The position numbers were made by a program, and so were the translations under genes. The notes below the pieces were generated by a model. It had not been told where the DNA came from, ran no database searches, and saw only the letters and a program-made list of their open reading frames with translations. From IMG/VR virus record IMGVR_UViG_3300037423_000960, positions 1-64,000 of that record: 64,000 nt of DNA. One strand, given 5' to 3'. Positions 54,362 to 63,731 of the stretch are shown here, in pieces. Origin of the DNA: a virus (Duplodnaviria > Caudoviricetes). Every line of letters begins with the position of its first letter. The first letter of the stretch is position 1.

Positions 54362-54786
54362 CAGCTAGACCTCTTGACCCAGAGGGTCACAGTCGCCCGC
54401 TTGATGTTTGTAGCGGCCCCTGAGACCACCGCTCGAAGGAGGTCACCCTGCGCCAGCCCTGTGCTGCCCCAACCCGTCAGGGACGTGTTCTGAGCCTTCT
54501 GAGCGCCGCTCAGACTAGGCTTGGCGGTGCCTGCCACGCTGCTGAACGTGGGAAAACCCGCGTAGGTGCATTTCTGTACATCGATTGTGATACTTCCAGT
54601 CACGTCTCCGACGATGGTCCATCGCTGAATAGTTCCCGCGAACGGGAGATCAGGAAGATCGGCCGCTAGAGCATCTGCGATAACCGCACCGCCTCCGTTA
54701 AGCTCGAAGACCAGAGCCACGAGATCTCCGGCGAAGGCACTGAAGCTGTCGCTCTGTCTCTGGAGGTCTGGTCCTACGACCTTCAC
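54361..54786 (-). CDS. Putative fibre-tip / structural protein
   Basis: WTIVGDVTGSITIDVQK..YA.FP...KPSLS..QK motif; GGAGG RBS. Confidence 0.6.
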   Translation of the reverse strand: MKVVGPDLQRQSDSFSAFAGDLVALVFELNGGGAVIADALAADLPDLPFAGTIQRWTIVGDVTGSITIDVQKCTYAGFPTFSSVAGTAKPSLSGAQKAQNTSLTGWGSTGLAQGDLLRAVVSGAATNIKRATVTLWVKRSS

Positions 54787-54795
54787 GAGACCTCC

Positions 54796-55884
54796 TTAAG
54801 CGATGACGGTGACGCGGTAGGAGTTCGCAGTAGGGGCGACGGCGAAGGTGACCTGCACCGTGTTGACTCCGTTGGCGACGACGTCTGCAATTACCATCGC
54901 GTTCGTCGCCTTCTCCCGAACAGAGACATGGACGTCCTGCGTTCCCAGATTGTGCGTGACGGTTAGCGTCGCGCTCGTACCGTCACCGATGTCTGCACTG
55001 AATTTCCGTGCGACGATGGCGGTGTCGACGGAGACGCCACCAGCCGCGACACTGATGCCACCGCCCGCAGCCGCCACGACTGTGATAGCATTCCCGCCGA
55101 GCGTGATACCGTTACCAGCGGTGTAGGTGACTCCGGCACCACCGAACTGATTGATCGAGAGCGCTGTGGTACCGAGGACAATGCCTCCGGTATTCTCGAG
55201 ACGCCACTGCGTCTTACCGTTCGCAGTACCTTCCTCGACGTACCAGAAGGCGCCCGGAGTCATCTCGTTGTTGCTGTCTGCGTCCGAGGCACGAGTCCAC
55301 GCACCAGCCGCAGCGACATAGACGCCGTTTGCCGAGGCAGTGGTCTGATTCTTGGCAAGAATGCGATCGCCGGCGACGGGAGTGACACCGTCAATCGCAC
55401 TCAAGCCAGACAGCGTGAGATTCGCCGTCGAGGCCAAACGGACAGAGGCCTTCGCGTCGATACCAGCCGCAGCGTTGTTCACCTGCGTCTGGACGTACGA
55501 CATCGTAGCCGCGTCCTGAGGGTTGGTAGGATCCGCGAGATTGGTGATCTTCTTGCTATTCCAGCTCACGTCAGCCGTGGGGACAGCGAAGCTGCTCAGC
55601 GAGTAGCCCTGAACCGTCGTGGCGAGATCACTGATCGTGGTTGAGAGCTGAGTGCCAGTGTGATTGGCGCGACTGAGAACTGTGGCGAGCGAGCTACCGC
55701 CGAGAAGAGCGGAGTCTGTGGCCTTATTCGTCCACGACGCACCGTCGTACCAACGCGGAGCGCCGAGCGCAGTGTCGTAGTACATCTGGCCCGCGACAGG
55801 AGTTCCCGGAGCAGACGAGAGCGGATGCAGAGCCGCGTTCTGAAGCTGAAGCTTCGAGAGGTCTAGATTGACAACCATCTTCAT
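54796..55884 (-). CDS. Head fibre / decoration-like protein
   Basis: KITNLADP...DAAT, KASVR.A.TAN.TLSG...IDGV...GDR.L.KNQT..S.NGVY and HNLGT.DV motifs. Confidence 0.75.
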   Translation of the reverse strand: MKMVVNLDLSKLQLQNAALHPLSSAPGTPVAGQMYYDTALGAPRWYDGASWTNKATDSALLGGSSLATVLSRANHTGTQLSTTISDLATTVQGYSLSSFAVPTADVSWNSKKITNLADPTNPQDAATMSYVQTQVNNAAAGIDAKASVRLASTANLTLSGLSAIDGVTPVAGDRILAKNQTTASANGVYVAAAGAWTRASDADSNNEMTPGAFWYVEEGTANGKTQWRLENTGGIVLGTTALSINQFGGAGVTYTAGNGITLGGNAITVVAAAGGGISVAAGGVSVDTAIVARKFSADIGDGTSATLTVTHNLGTQDVHVSVREKATNAMVIADVVANGVNTVQVTFAVAPTANSYRVTVIA

Positions 55885-55897
55885 GGTCAGTGACTCC

Positions 55898-56251
55898 TCA
55901 GTTCAAGTACGCGATGCCTGACATCGGAATGTCAAACTCGAGTCTCAACAAGTTAGGATCCAAGTACGTAGTCTCAGAGAGAACACTGCGACCGGCATTG
56001 TCGACGACAGTGACTGATGGGTAGCGATTCAGGTTGTGCGAGATATTCCAGATCTGATTAGCCGAGGGCTGACTGAACTGAAACGTCGTCTGTACACCGT
56101 TTCCCTCTGGACCCTGAGGACCGGGAATTCCCGGTACCCCGTCACGCTTCACGACAACGATAGAAGCCTCGACCTGATTCACCACAGGGCGATTGTCGCC
56201 ACGTACAAGGGTGACGATAGACTCTCGACGCAGTATGACTGCGTCTGTCAC
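55898..56251 (-). CDS. Putative virion structural protein
   Basis: Short GxP collagen-like stretch; WNISHNLNRYPSVTVVD motif. Confidence 0.65.
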   Translation of the reverse strand: MTDAVILRRESIVTLVRGDNRPVVNQVEASIVVVKRDGVPGIPGPQGPEGNGVQTTFQFSQPSANQIWNISHNLNRYPSVTVVDNAGRSVLSETTYLDPNLLRLEFDIPMSGIAYLN

Positions 56252-56577
56252 GATGCCCTCCTGATCTTCCCCGGCCAGACTTCCACACCGGGAGTAGTCG
56301 TCACATCCAGGAGGCTGAACGAAGTCCAGCGAGTAGAGAAGTCGTTACACTCATCTTCTGTGAGCGTCAACATCTTCCCGCCCGCGAAGCTCGTGTCTAC
56401 CTCAAGCATCTTATCGACGCGAGTTCCCGCAACGAACCGTAAAGGAACATTCGTTAGGTCGATGGGATTACCGTCAGCATCCTGCATCCGCACAGGAATA
56501 AGGAGTCCGCCCTTCCTCGGAACGGTGATGTCCCCATTCTGATCTACTGGAGGAGGGATGGTCGGCACGTATCTCAA
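56248..56577 (-). CDS. Putative structural protein (BppU-N-like Ig fold)
   Basis: DADGNPIDLT motif. Confidence 0.5.
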   Translation of the reverse strand: MRYVPTIPPPVDQNGDITVPRKGGLLIPVRMQDADGNPIDLTNVPLRFVAGTRVDKMLEVDTSFAGGKMLTLTEDECNDFSTRWTSFSLLDVTTTPGVEVWPGKIRRAS

Positions 56578-56591
56578 ACCCTTCTATGAGA

Positions 56592-56627
56592 AGCGCCCGC
56601 CGCAGCGCGACGACTGCGACGGGCGCT
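56592..56627 (-). terminator. Hairpin / probable weak terminator after the capsid operon
   Basis: AGCGCCCG/CGGGCGCT stem plus CGCAG/CTGCG; followed by TTCTC on the minus strand. Confidence 0.5.
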
Positions 56628-56653
56628 CATGCTCCGCAGGCTGGCGGAACCGA

Positions 56654-57079
56654 TTACTTCTTGTCGGCGGCGCCCGACTTGTTGTCTCCGGTCTTGCCTG
56701 ACTCCGCAGCCTTCTTGTCTTCCGACTGAGCCGCCGAGCCGACGATGCTCTTGTTCGGAACGTTGTCAGCATTCTCGCCGGCCTTCTGGGCGGCGTCGGC
56801 TTCCTTCGGACTGTCGGCCATCACAACGCGACCGGCGACGCCAGAGATCTCGGCGACGATCTGATCGCTCGGGATACCCGCCGCCATTCCGGAGCGCAGA
56901 GGCGTTGCCGCGATGCGAGCCGCCTCGACGGCACCGTTCTCGACAAGCGTGTACTCACCCGAGTTGATGAGCTCCTTGGCGTCCACCGGGTAGACGTTCT
57001 GGCGACGACCCTTCTCGTCCTCGATGGTCACCAGACCGGGAACCATCGCGGAGGGAATCATATTTTCACGAACCGTCAT
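56654..57079 (-). CDS. Head-associated hypothetical protein
   Basis: 141 aa, GC3-rich, in the capsid operon. Confidence 0.65.
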   Translation of the reverse strand: MTVRENMIPSAMVPGLVTIEDEKGRRQNVYPVDAKELINSGEYTLVENGAVEAARIAATPLRSGMAAGIPSDQIVAEISGVAGRVVMADSPKEADAAQKAGENADNVPNKSIVGSAAQSEDKKAAESGKTGDNKSGAADKK

Positions 57080-57106
57080 TTCACTGACTCCTTTCCGCCG
57101 CGACCG

Positions 57107-57550
57107 TTACGGGAGCGGGTTCTGGCTGATGAACGCCGAGTAGTTGATGCTCGGGGTCGTACCGCCGAGAACTGCGTAGATTCGGGCGTAAGCCTTCGCA
57201 GCACCGTCCTCGCCGATGTTGTTGAACGGGACCGATCGCCGGCCGACGCCCTGACTGTCCTCGCCGATGGACGAAGGACCCGACTCGATGCGAGCCGCGA
57301 CCGTGACGTCCGTGGCGAAGGTGGGGTCGGACGAGACCTGAAGGCGGAGATCGGCGCTTTCGTCACCGGTCGTGGCGTCCAGCGTCGAGATGTCGACCAC
57401 GAGCGCCGCACTGACGATGCCCGTACCGAGATTCACGACACGCGGTGAGCCGCCGACGGTACCGGCACCCGTCGAGGTGACAGCACCGGCGTCCTTGAGC
57501 TGAAGAGCCGCGTCGAACGTGGCATCCATCTGATTGCGCTTCGTACCCAT
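57107..57550 (-). CDS. Capsid decoration / minor capsid protein
   Basis: ATG at 57550 with GAGG RBS; MDATFDAALQLKDAG... beta-rich; directly after the MCP. Confidence 0.7.
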   Translation of the reverse strand: MGTKRNQMDATFDAALQLKDAGAVTSTGAGTVGGSPRVVNLGTGIVSAALVVDISTLDATTGDESADLRLQVSSDPTFATDVTVAARIESGPSSIGEDSQGVGRRSVPFNNIGEDGAAKAYARIYAVLGGTTPSINYSAFISQNPLP

Positions 57551-57575
57551 CTGATGTTCTCCTCTCGGCCTCCCG

Positions 57576-58526
57576 TTAAGCGACGAGCGCCGCGTTCTTG
57601 ATGCCGCGGACGCGAACTGCTGCGGAACCGTTGAAGATGCCGAAGCCCGAGTACCACTCGACGCGAGTGCGGAAGAGCGGGAGCTCCTGCAACTCGCCGA
57701 GATCACGAACATCCATTCCGCCGTTCTGGATGCCGCTGACGCCGTCGACGCCCATGCTGAGGACGTACACCGACGTGCTGGTGTTCGTGCCGCCGCCCGG
57801 ACTCGCTTCGTTGAACGCGAGAGGATCGGGGTTGACATTGTCACCGTAGGTCGTCAGCAGCGGCAGACCCGCGTAAGCCGTGACCGGGCGACCGAAGTCA
57901 TCCTTCTCCAGGGTGATGGAACCGGCGATGTCCTTGTTGTTCCGGGCATTCTTGAACTTGCGCCGGAGAGTGCGGCTCATAAGGATATGAGTCGCGTTGG
58001 CGACCCGATCGATCGCCTCGTCGAGAAGCTCGAGCGAGAGTGCGTCGCCGCCAGCGGTATTCGAGCCAGCGGGACCATTCGCACCGGCGTCCATCAGGTT
58101 GTAGCCCGTCAGGCGAACCTGGAGGCCGTCGAACTCACGCGGCTGGAGCGTGGTGTCACCCTTGATGAACTTGGCGGTCCAGGCTTGCGACAGCGCCTTG
58201 ATCTTCATGTTCTCGTGGGTGGAGCGGACCTGATTGCCCATCGTCTGAATGATAAAGCGGTCCACGTCCAGATCGCCACCAGCGATGTAGAGCGTCTCGG
58301 TCGCCGGGTTGATGACGCCGACACTCTCCGGATACCCCTCGTTCACGCCGCGGAAGGCGACTCCCGGAAGCTGCTCCTCGCGATTGTAGGCGAGGGCATT
58401 GCCCTGGATGTTCTGGAACGGAAGGACACGGAGGATTTCGGACGTGCGAGCAAACTGTTCGATGACGCCAGCGCGGACGAGATTACGAGTCTCGAGCTTC
58501 GCGGCCTCCACGAGAGTCATGGGCAT
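57576..58526 (-). CDS. Major capsid protein
   Basis: MTLVEAAK...IEQF...EIL..LPF..I.G....YNRE..LPGVAFR..N signature; GC3-rich. Confidence 0.9.
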   Translation of the reverse strand: MPMTLVEAAKLETRNLVRAGVIEQFARTSEILRVLPFQNIQGNALAYNREEQLPGVAFRGVNEGYPESVGVINPATETLYIAGGDLDVDRFIIQTMGNQVRSTHENMKIKALSQAWTAKFIKGDTTLQPREFDGLQVRLTGYNLMDAGANGPAGSNTAGGDALSLELLDEAIDRVANATHILMSRTLRRKFKNARNNKDIAGSITLEKDDFGRPVTAYAGLPLLTTYGDNVNPDPLAFNEASPGGGTNTSTSVYVLSMGVDGVSGIQNGGMDVRDLGELQELPLFRTRVEWYSGFGIFNGSAAVRVRGIKNAALVA

Positions 58527-58594
58527 GGTCAATATCCTCGTCTTTGCTGCGGCTCGGCCGCGGAGGTGGAGCTCCGTAGGGCTCTACTCACACG

Positions 58595-58623
58595 TCGATA
58601 CAAAAGATCTGAGGCCTTGGCAA
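58595..58623 (-). promoter_or_regulatory. MCP promoter TTGCCA-N17-TATCGA with an upstream A/T tract
   Basis: AAAAGTTTTTT lies upstream of the -35. Confidence 0.45.
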
Positions 58624-58649
58624 GCCCCCGCCGCAAAAAACTTTTGGGA

Positions 58650-58799
58650 CTAGCCTAGGAAGCCCTCAGACCCGCGCTTGAGCGCAGGCGCGCTGCCTTG
58701 GCTGTGGCGGGGCGCTGGCTGGCGCGGCGTGTTCTGAGAGCGGTTGCAGAGGGTCAAGACCAGCACTATGAGAAGTAGGGTGTAGAGTGCGGGAAGCAC
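58650..58799 (-). CDS. Possible 49-aa membrane peptide, not in the ORF track
   Basis: MLPALYTLLLIVLVLTLCN hydrophobic N-terminus; weak RBS. Confidence 0.3.
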   Translation of the reverse strand: MLPALYTLLLIVLVLTLCNRSQNTPRQPAPRHSQGSAPALKRGSEGFLG

Positions 58800-58807
58800 T
58801 CGGCCCA

Positions 58808-59059
58808 CTACGGCTCTGCTCGGTTACGGCGCTCTCGGCGCATGGTGTCCGGTACTAGCTCACCGTCTCGGAGGAGAAGCCGTGGAGGACGCCGCACTTC
58901 GGTCACAGTGACCTCGCGTTTCTCGCAGTGGAGCGTCTCTCCAGGCCTCAGAGTCTTCAGCTTCTTACGTCGGCCCTCTCGGGTGAGATACGTGATCTGG
59001 AGATCACGGTTCCCGTCACGAGGATTTGTAATGTGGAACCCCTCACTGGACACGACCAA
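58808..59059 (-). CDS. Basic hypothetical protein
   Basis: 83 aa; TTG start with AAGG RBS. Confidence 0.45.
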   Translation of the reverse strand: MVVSSEGFHITNPRDGNRDLQITYLTREGRRKKLKTLRPGETLHCEKREVTVTEVRRPPRLLLRDGELVPDTMRRERRNRAEP

Positions 59060-59071
59060 CGCCTTCTAGGA

Positions 59072-59102
59072 GGAGCCGCCCGACGAGGAGCTAGGCGGCT
59101 CC
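59072..59102. other. Hairpin after the scaffold gene
   Basis: GGAGCCGCC / GGCGGCTCC stem. Confidence 0.5.
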
Positions 59103-59110
59103 CGCAGTCG

Positions 59111-59899
59111 TCACCTACCGTTCATGCCGTGTTCGCGGCCGAAATTCATCTTCTCCTCCGGTGACATGTTGGCGAGCTGAGCCGGCGTGAGAGATCCAGC
59201 GCCTCCATTTCCGCCACCAGCGCCTCCGCCCTGCGCCTGCTTGAAGAAGAACGGCGAGGATTCCTGGAGCTTCGTGAGCCACTCCAGCGGTTTCATCGGA
59301 GTAGCACCGTCGCTGCCATAGACGACGTTTCCGTCGTTGTCCTTCGGGACGAGCTTTCCGTCCTCTACTGAGAAGACGTCGTACGCCTCGCGGAGAATGT
59401 GAGTCGTGGCCTCCGGCAGAGCGCCCGACTTCGGGTTGTTGATGGCCGTCATGACCTCGCGGTCGACGATGGAGCGATTGAGATTCTTCTTCAGAGTCTC
59501 GTTGTCGGACTTGAGAGCGACATTCTCGGTCTTGAGGCCGTTGAGCTGTCCCTCGAAGGTGCGCTTCATCTCGCCCGTCTTGGCCTCCACGGCCTGAGCG
59601 AGAGAAGTATCCTTAACGAGCTTACCGTCAGCGACCTGCTGGTGCGTGTCGCGCAACTCACTGTACTGACTGACGAAGTCGTCAATCTTCTCGACGTCCA
59701 GACCGACGTCCGTTGTCAGGCGGCCAACGATGCTCGTGAGGTTGTCGCGCTCGCGACTGATCTTGAGATTGTTCTCGCGAAAATCGTCCAGCTCCTTCTT
59801 GGGAACCACGTTCGCGACGAACTTGCCGTCCTTCTCGACTGCGATGGATTTGAGCGCCTCCGGAACTTGATCCGCGGCTTCGTAAATGAGTTCAGGCAT
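59111..59899 (-). CDS. Capsid scaffolding protein
   Basis: Coiled-coil, FF...QGGGAG C-terminal motif; ATG at 59899 with GGAGA RBS; upstream of the MCP. Confidence 0.8.
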   Translation of the reverse strand: MPELIYEAADQVPEALKSIAVEKDGKFVANVVPKKELDDFRENNLKISRERDNLTSIVGRLTTDVGLDVEKIDDFVSQYSELRDTHQQVADGKLVKDTSLAQAVEAKTGEMKRTFEGQLNGLKTENVALKSDNETLKKNLNRSIVDREVMTAINNPKSGALPEATTHILREAYDVFSVEDGKLVPKDNDGNVVYGSDGATPMKPLEWLTKLQESSPFFFKQAQGGGAGGGNGGAGSLTPAQLANMSPEEKMNFGREHGMNGR

Positions 59900-59964
59900 T
59901 TTCAGTCTCCTAGCAAGGTCGACCCCGCCGACCAAGATCACGAACCCCGCCCGTGACGGATCTC

Positions 59965-59994
59965 TCTATAGCAGGGTGACGCGCGGCATGACAA
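59965..59994 (-). promoter_or_regulatory. TTGTCA-class promoter for the scaffold gene (18-nt spacer)
   Basis: TTGTCA-N18-TATAGA with GC before the -10. Confidence 0.55.
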
Positions 59995-59999
59995 GCGCT

Positions 60000-60419
60000 T
60001 TATTTGCGCGCGTTTACGTGAGCCACGAAGCGCTGAAGATGCAGCACAGCCTCCTCCTCGAGACAGGCCAGCATGTAATCACGCTCGGACAGCTTCTCTC
60101 CACGCGCTACTGCGAGCGACCTAGAGGAGTCGCTCATCCAATCCGCCAACCACTCGTGAAACTTGTCGTGATCAGCGTTCATCTGCCTGAGTGTGGGATA
60201 TCCCATCCACTCGGCCAGTGCGCGCTGGTGATCGTAGAACATTGGCTCTAGCTCGCTCACAGGAAAGAACCACCGTCCTCCACCCTCGACGTCAGTGACT
60301 CCAGCGGTCCAGACATCCTCAGCGTCTAGAGTCAGAGTGAGAACCCTGAACTGCATCCCAGGCCAGTCCGGATGCGAGACCCTCTGTCCGTGGGAGAGAG
60401 GAAGCCTTACCGAGCGCAC
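60000..60419 (-). CDS. Hypothetical protein
   Basis: 139 aa; GTG coupled to the upstream stop. Confidence 0.55.
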   Translation of the reverse strand: MRSVRLPLSHGQRVSHPDWPGMQFRVLTLTLDAEDVWTAGVTDVEGGGRWFFPVSELEPMFYDHQRALAEWMGYPTLRQMNADHDKFHEWLADWMSDSSRSLAVARGEKLSERDYMLACLEEEAVLHLQRFVAHVNARK

Positions 60420-60928
60420 TAGCTATCGTCACCAGGATCCGGAGTCTTGTCTAGAAGTACGACCTTGTCGACCATGTCGCTCGGAAGATTCACGTCATCG
60501 GCTATGATGCGCCCGTCGTGTCCTGAGAGATCGGCCTTCTTCGGGAAGTTCGGATCCGCCGGACCAGAGCTGAACATGATCTTCGCCTTGGTGAGAATCC
60601 AGTCTCCCAGGACGTCGAGCAGAAGGACCGCGGTCCAACCCACGCCGAGACCTACGAAGGCAGAAGTGCTGACGCTGAACTTACGATCCCAGATGAGGAC
60701 GCCTGCGACGAGCATCGCCACTAGGGTAAGCGGAAGCGTTTCGTTCCACTTCTGTGGGCGATTCGTCGCTCGATATTCCTTGTTTACGAATACCCATCTC
60801 GCCAGCGCTACGCCCAGGAGACCTACGAATAAAGAGATCATTCCGCTCGGCACTCCCTGTCCGGCCGCGACTACTCCTGAGGAAGCCGCGACTGCGTGAT
60901 AGTCGAGATTGGTGCGAGCGGTGACCAT
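60419..60928 (-). CDS. Membrane protein, holin-like (3 TM)
   Basis: Three hydrophobic segments; AFVGLGVGW...LLDVLG resembles LydA-type holins; acidic tail. Confidence 0.55.
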   Translation of the reverse strand: MVTARTNLDYHAVAASSGVVAAGQGVPSGMISLFVGLLGVALARWVFVNKEYRATNRPQKWNETLPLTLVAMLVAGVLIWDRKFSVSTSAFVGLGVGWTAVLLLDVLGDWILTKAKIMFSSGPADPNFPKKADLSGHDGRIIADDVNLPSDMVDKVVLLDKTPDPGDDS

Positions 60929-60933
60929 CTAGG

Positions 60934-61434
60934 TCACCCGTAGTACGTGATCGCTGCTGCGATTAGAAGAACCGCCATCCCGATCTTGAGAGGGCGCTTG
61001 AGCTGTTCCTTGGTCGGCCACAGATGAATCGGCGGTGGTCTCTTCTCTAACTGGAAGTGCATCATCGGCATACCGAGATAACCAGCGAGCCACGCGAGAC
61101 TCCACGGGATGAACGAGAACATGTCGAGCCAGTGATCTACCTCGAAGGCCATGAATCTCGCCTGCGGCGAGAGTGTGCGCCACAACGCGAAGCGGAAGAT
61201 GTCCGGCCCCACTCTGAGAAGGACACTGATCCCCACGAGCAGAAGAATCACCCTCAGTACCGTGACGGGATGCTTGATGCCGAAGGGTCTCTCGTACGCA
61301 CCCCACGCGATGCGCCAGAACCACTCCAGTGTCAGCAGGGTGATCATCAGTAGCGAGAACAGCGTCATCATATAGACTAGCGGCTGACCCTCGAAACCGG
61401 GCGGAACGTCTGTGACATAGTTCGCAAGCATCAT
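60934..61434 (-). CDS. Membrane protein (about 4 TM)
   Basis: ATGA overlap with the portal stop; four hydrophobic segments. Confidence 0.65.
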   Translation of the reverse strand: MMLANYVTDVPPGFEGQPLVYMMTLFSLLMITLLTLEWFWRIAWGAYERPFGIKHPVTVLRVILLLVGISVLLRVGPDIFRFALWRTLSPQARFMAFEVDHWLDMFSFIPWSLAWLAGYLGMPMMHFQLEKRPPPIHLWPTKEQLKRPLKIGMAVLLIAAAITYYG

Positions 61435-63062
61435 CCCTCCGGCGGAGCGTTGCGTGGAGTCGGTGGCGCGTTGGCGGGCGACGGCTTCGGCTGCGGCCTC
61501 ACTCCCGGCTGACTTCCGGCGGGACCGGTGTCCAGACCTCCCGAGGCTGGCGCGGCGGGAGGCTCGTACTGCTGATCCTTCTGTCCCATGAGCTTCTTGA
61601 AGTCCTCGAGCGTGTACTCGATCGGGATGACGCCGACCTCGCGAAGCGCGTAGTACATCACGTCCTCGGGGATGTGACCACGCTCGCGCAGAGCCTGGAG
61701 TGCTCTCAGCTCGCGACCTGTGAGCTCGGAGCTGACGAACTCCTTGTTGAACTCCACGAGGACGCCGTGATCCTCTAGATCCGGCACCAGCCCCATGATG
61801 TCGCCCATGTACGCGACAGCGGTGGACATGGCGTAGTCGGCGGTGAGCGCGACGTCCATCAGCGTGGCCTCGTCGCCCGTCTCCATGAGCTGCCACGCCT
61901 CGGAGCTGAGCGCTGCTGCGCGACGCGTGGAGCTGATCAGACGCCCGCCCAGCGACTGCATCTGAAGCTGCTTGGAGTCCACCGCATTCTCGAGGAAGGT
62001 GAGCCCGTGACCTGTGAACTCCAACAACCAAGCCTTGGAGTTCTCCTCAAGCTCCCAGACGTTGCTCGGACCAACCGTGAGAGGACTCGGATCCGACAAT
62101 CCGTTGGGAAGACCCGGCTCACCTCCTCCAGGACCGGAGGTGACGTAAGTCGGCATCCCCGCGTAGAATCGTCCGTGCTCCAGGTGCGCGGTGCTCTGGT
62201 AGTGCGAGATATTGATGGTGGCGATGTCCTCCAGCGGCGCGGGACCGATCTGATAGGACGTGTTCGTCGCGTTCACGAATACGAACGGAATGTAGTCGAG
62301 CTGCCTTCCGCCGCGAACCGAGATCGGCACCTGCCTGATCATTGGCTTGTCGGGATTAGCGTCGGTGATCGAGGGGCGAATCTCCGTCTGCGAGTAGACG
62401 AGCTTACCGTTCACCTCGTCCAGCCGGAGAACTCTAACCAGGAGCTGAGTCTCGGAGGCGTACTCCGTCGTCATCTGCTCCTGCTCGAGCAACACAACGC
62501 GATCGACGATCTCCCGATCCTGCCACTCCCGAGTGCGCCACGAGAAGACGTTCTCTGCGAGATAACCGGCGAGATACGGCGACTGCCAGTTGGAACCCTT
62601 GAAGTCCGCCAACACACCGAATCGTCCTGTGAGGAGTACCTCGTGAACGAGGGTCCGGCAGAACTCTGCGAAGGGCTTGGCGTCCTGCGTGATGCGCCCG
62701 AGCTTGATCTTGCTCTTCATCGCGTCTGGGAGAGTGATCTCGACAGGCTTGCGGAAGATCGAGCCCATGAGTCCGCGATGGGTGCGCCGCACGGCGTTGT
62801 AGAAGTAGGCTCTCCGACGATAGACGTCGTACTCGTCGGCCTTGTGAGCGGCTAGCTTTGGGAGGTAGGTCTCTCTCCCGGCCTTGATGGTAGCCTCGCC
62901 GTCGTAGCAGTCCCGGATGGTGGACCACATGTCGAATTTGTTGTAGTAGTCGGCGCTTACCGGAATCTCAATGCCGGGAAGAGCGAGCGAGTATGGGATG
63001 TGGGGCCTCGGCGTACCGATCCTCTGTGTACGAGCGTAGGCGGAGGTCGCTGGATCTGGCAC
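61431..63062 (-). CDS. Portal protein (DUF4055-type)
   Basis: IRDCYDGE..IK....YLP...YD.Y..RA.FYN...RT, PLEDIA.IN..HYQ..A..EH and LLEFTG motifs. Confidence 0.9.
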   Translation of the reverse strand: MPDPATSAYARTQRIGTPRPHIPYSLALPGIEIPVSADYYNKFDMWSTIRDCYDGEATIKAGRETYLPKLAAHKADEYDVYRRRAYFYNAVRRTHRGLMGSIFRKPVEITLPDAMKSKIKLGRITQDAKPFAEFCRTLVHEVLLTGRFGVLADFKGSNWQSPYLAGYLAENVFSWRTREWQDREIVDRVVLLEQEQMTTEYASETQLLVRVLRLDEVNGKLVYSQTEIRPSITDANPDKPMIRQVPISVRGGRQLDYIPFVFVNATNTSYQIGPAPLEDIATINISHYQSTAHLEHGRFYAGMPTYVTSGPGGGEPGLPNGLSDPSPLTVGPSNVWELEENSKAWLLEFTGHGLTFLENAVDSKQLQMQSLGGRLISSTRRAAALSSEAWQLMETGDEATLMDVALTADYAMSTAVAYMGDIMGLVPDLEDHGVLVEFNKEFVSSELTGRELRALQALRERGHIPEDVMYYALREVGVIPIEYTLEDFKKLMGQKDQQYEPPAAPASGGLDTGPAGSQPGVRPQPKPSPANAPPTPRNAPPEG

Positions 63063-63149
63063 GTGGGAGGATTCCTGCCGAGTGTATATGTTCGGAGGTG
63101 GAGTAGCACGGATGTGGGCGGAGGGACAAGTGACTACTGCGCGGCGGTG

Positions 63150-63725
63150 CTAGGATCCCCAACGATCTGCCATCGCCTCTGCGATGCCTGGAAAGAAGCG
63201 TGAGCGAATCTTCCAGCGGTCGATAGATTCTGGGGTTGGGTCGCGACCGAGCTCGTCGCGATTGACGTAGGGTGGAGGGATGTAGCGGGTGTGACGGAGA
63301 GGGTTCAGGTTCTTGAGGCGCAGAGTGAATGTCTTGGCGTAGGGCTCGCCGAACTGCCAGGGATGAATCGTCTGATGATGAGGGATGTTCGTGAATCGTC
63401 GTATGACTCCGGGCGGATTCTCTATGCAGATGCGCTGGATGGGAGCGTTCCAGAGGGCGAGGAAGAATTGGATGGCGTCGCGGGTCTTGGCGATGCGGGT
63501 CGGGTCCTTGAGACGACGATGGTATCCGGCCGAGCAGAGATAGGTGCACGGCGGATGGGCGATCATGAGATCCCAGGAGTCGTTGAGATGGTTGAGGACG
63601 TCGTTCTGGATGTGGGGTCCGGGAGACTCCGTCGGTGACAGGTCACAGCTCCAGGCGTCGTGGCCTCTGGAGAGGAAGGCGTCGCGAACTATGCCGGAGA
63701 ACTCACAAGCTACGAGGATTCGCAT
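63150..63725 (-). CDS. Short C5-cytosine DNA methyltransferase-like protein
   Basis: MRILVACEFSG, AWSCD, AHPPCTYL (motif IV) and IENP (motif VI); 191 aa. Confidence 0.75.
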   Translation of the reverse strand: MRILVACEFSGIVRDAFLSRGHDAWSCDLSPTESPGPHIQNDVLNHLNDSWDLMIAHPPCTYLCSAGYHRRLKDPTRIAKTRDAIQFFLALWNAPIQRICIENPPGVIRRFTNIPHHQTIHPWQFGEPYAKTFTLRLKNLNPLRHTRYIPPPYVNRDELGRDPTPESIDRWKIRSRFFPGIAEAMADRWGS

Positions 63726-63731
63726 CCGACA

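Noticed and set aside
57551-57844. Upstream extension of the decoration-protein ORF
   Set aside because: It overlaps the MCP out of frame; ATG 57550 has its own RBS.
61435-62031. N-terminal part of the 365-aa ORF 60934-62031
   Set aside because: It overlaps the portal in another frame and is Arg/Gly-rich shadow sequence; the real start is the ATGA overlap at 61434.
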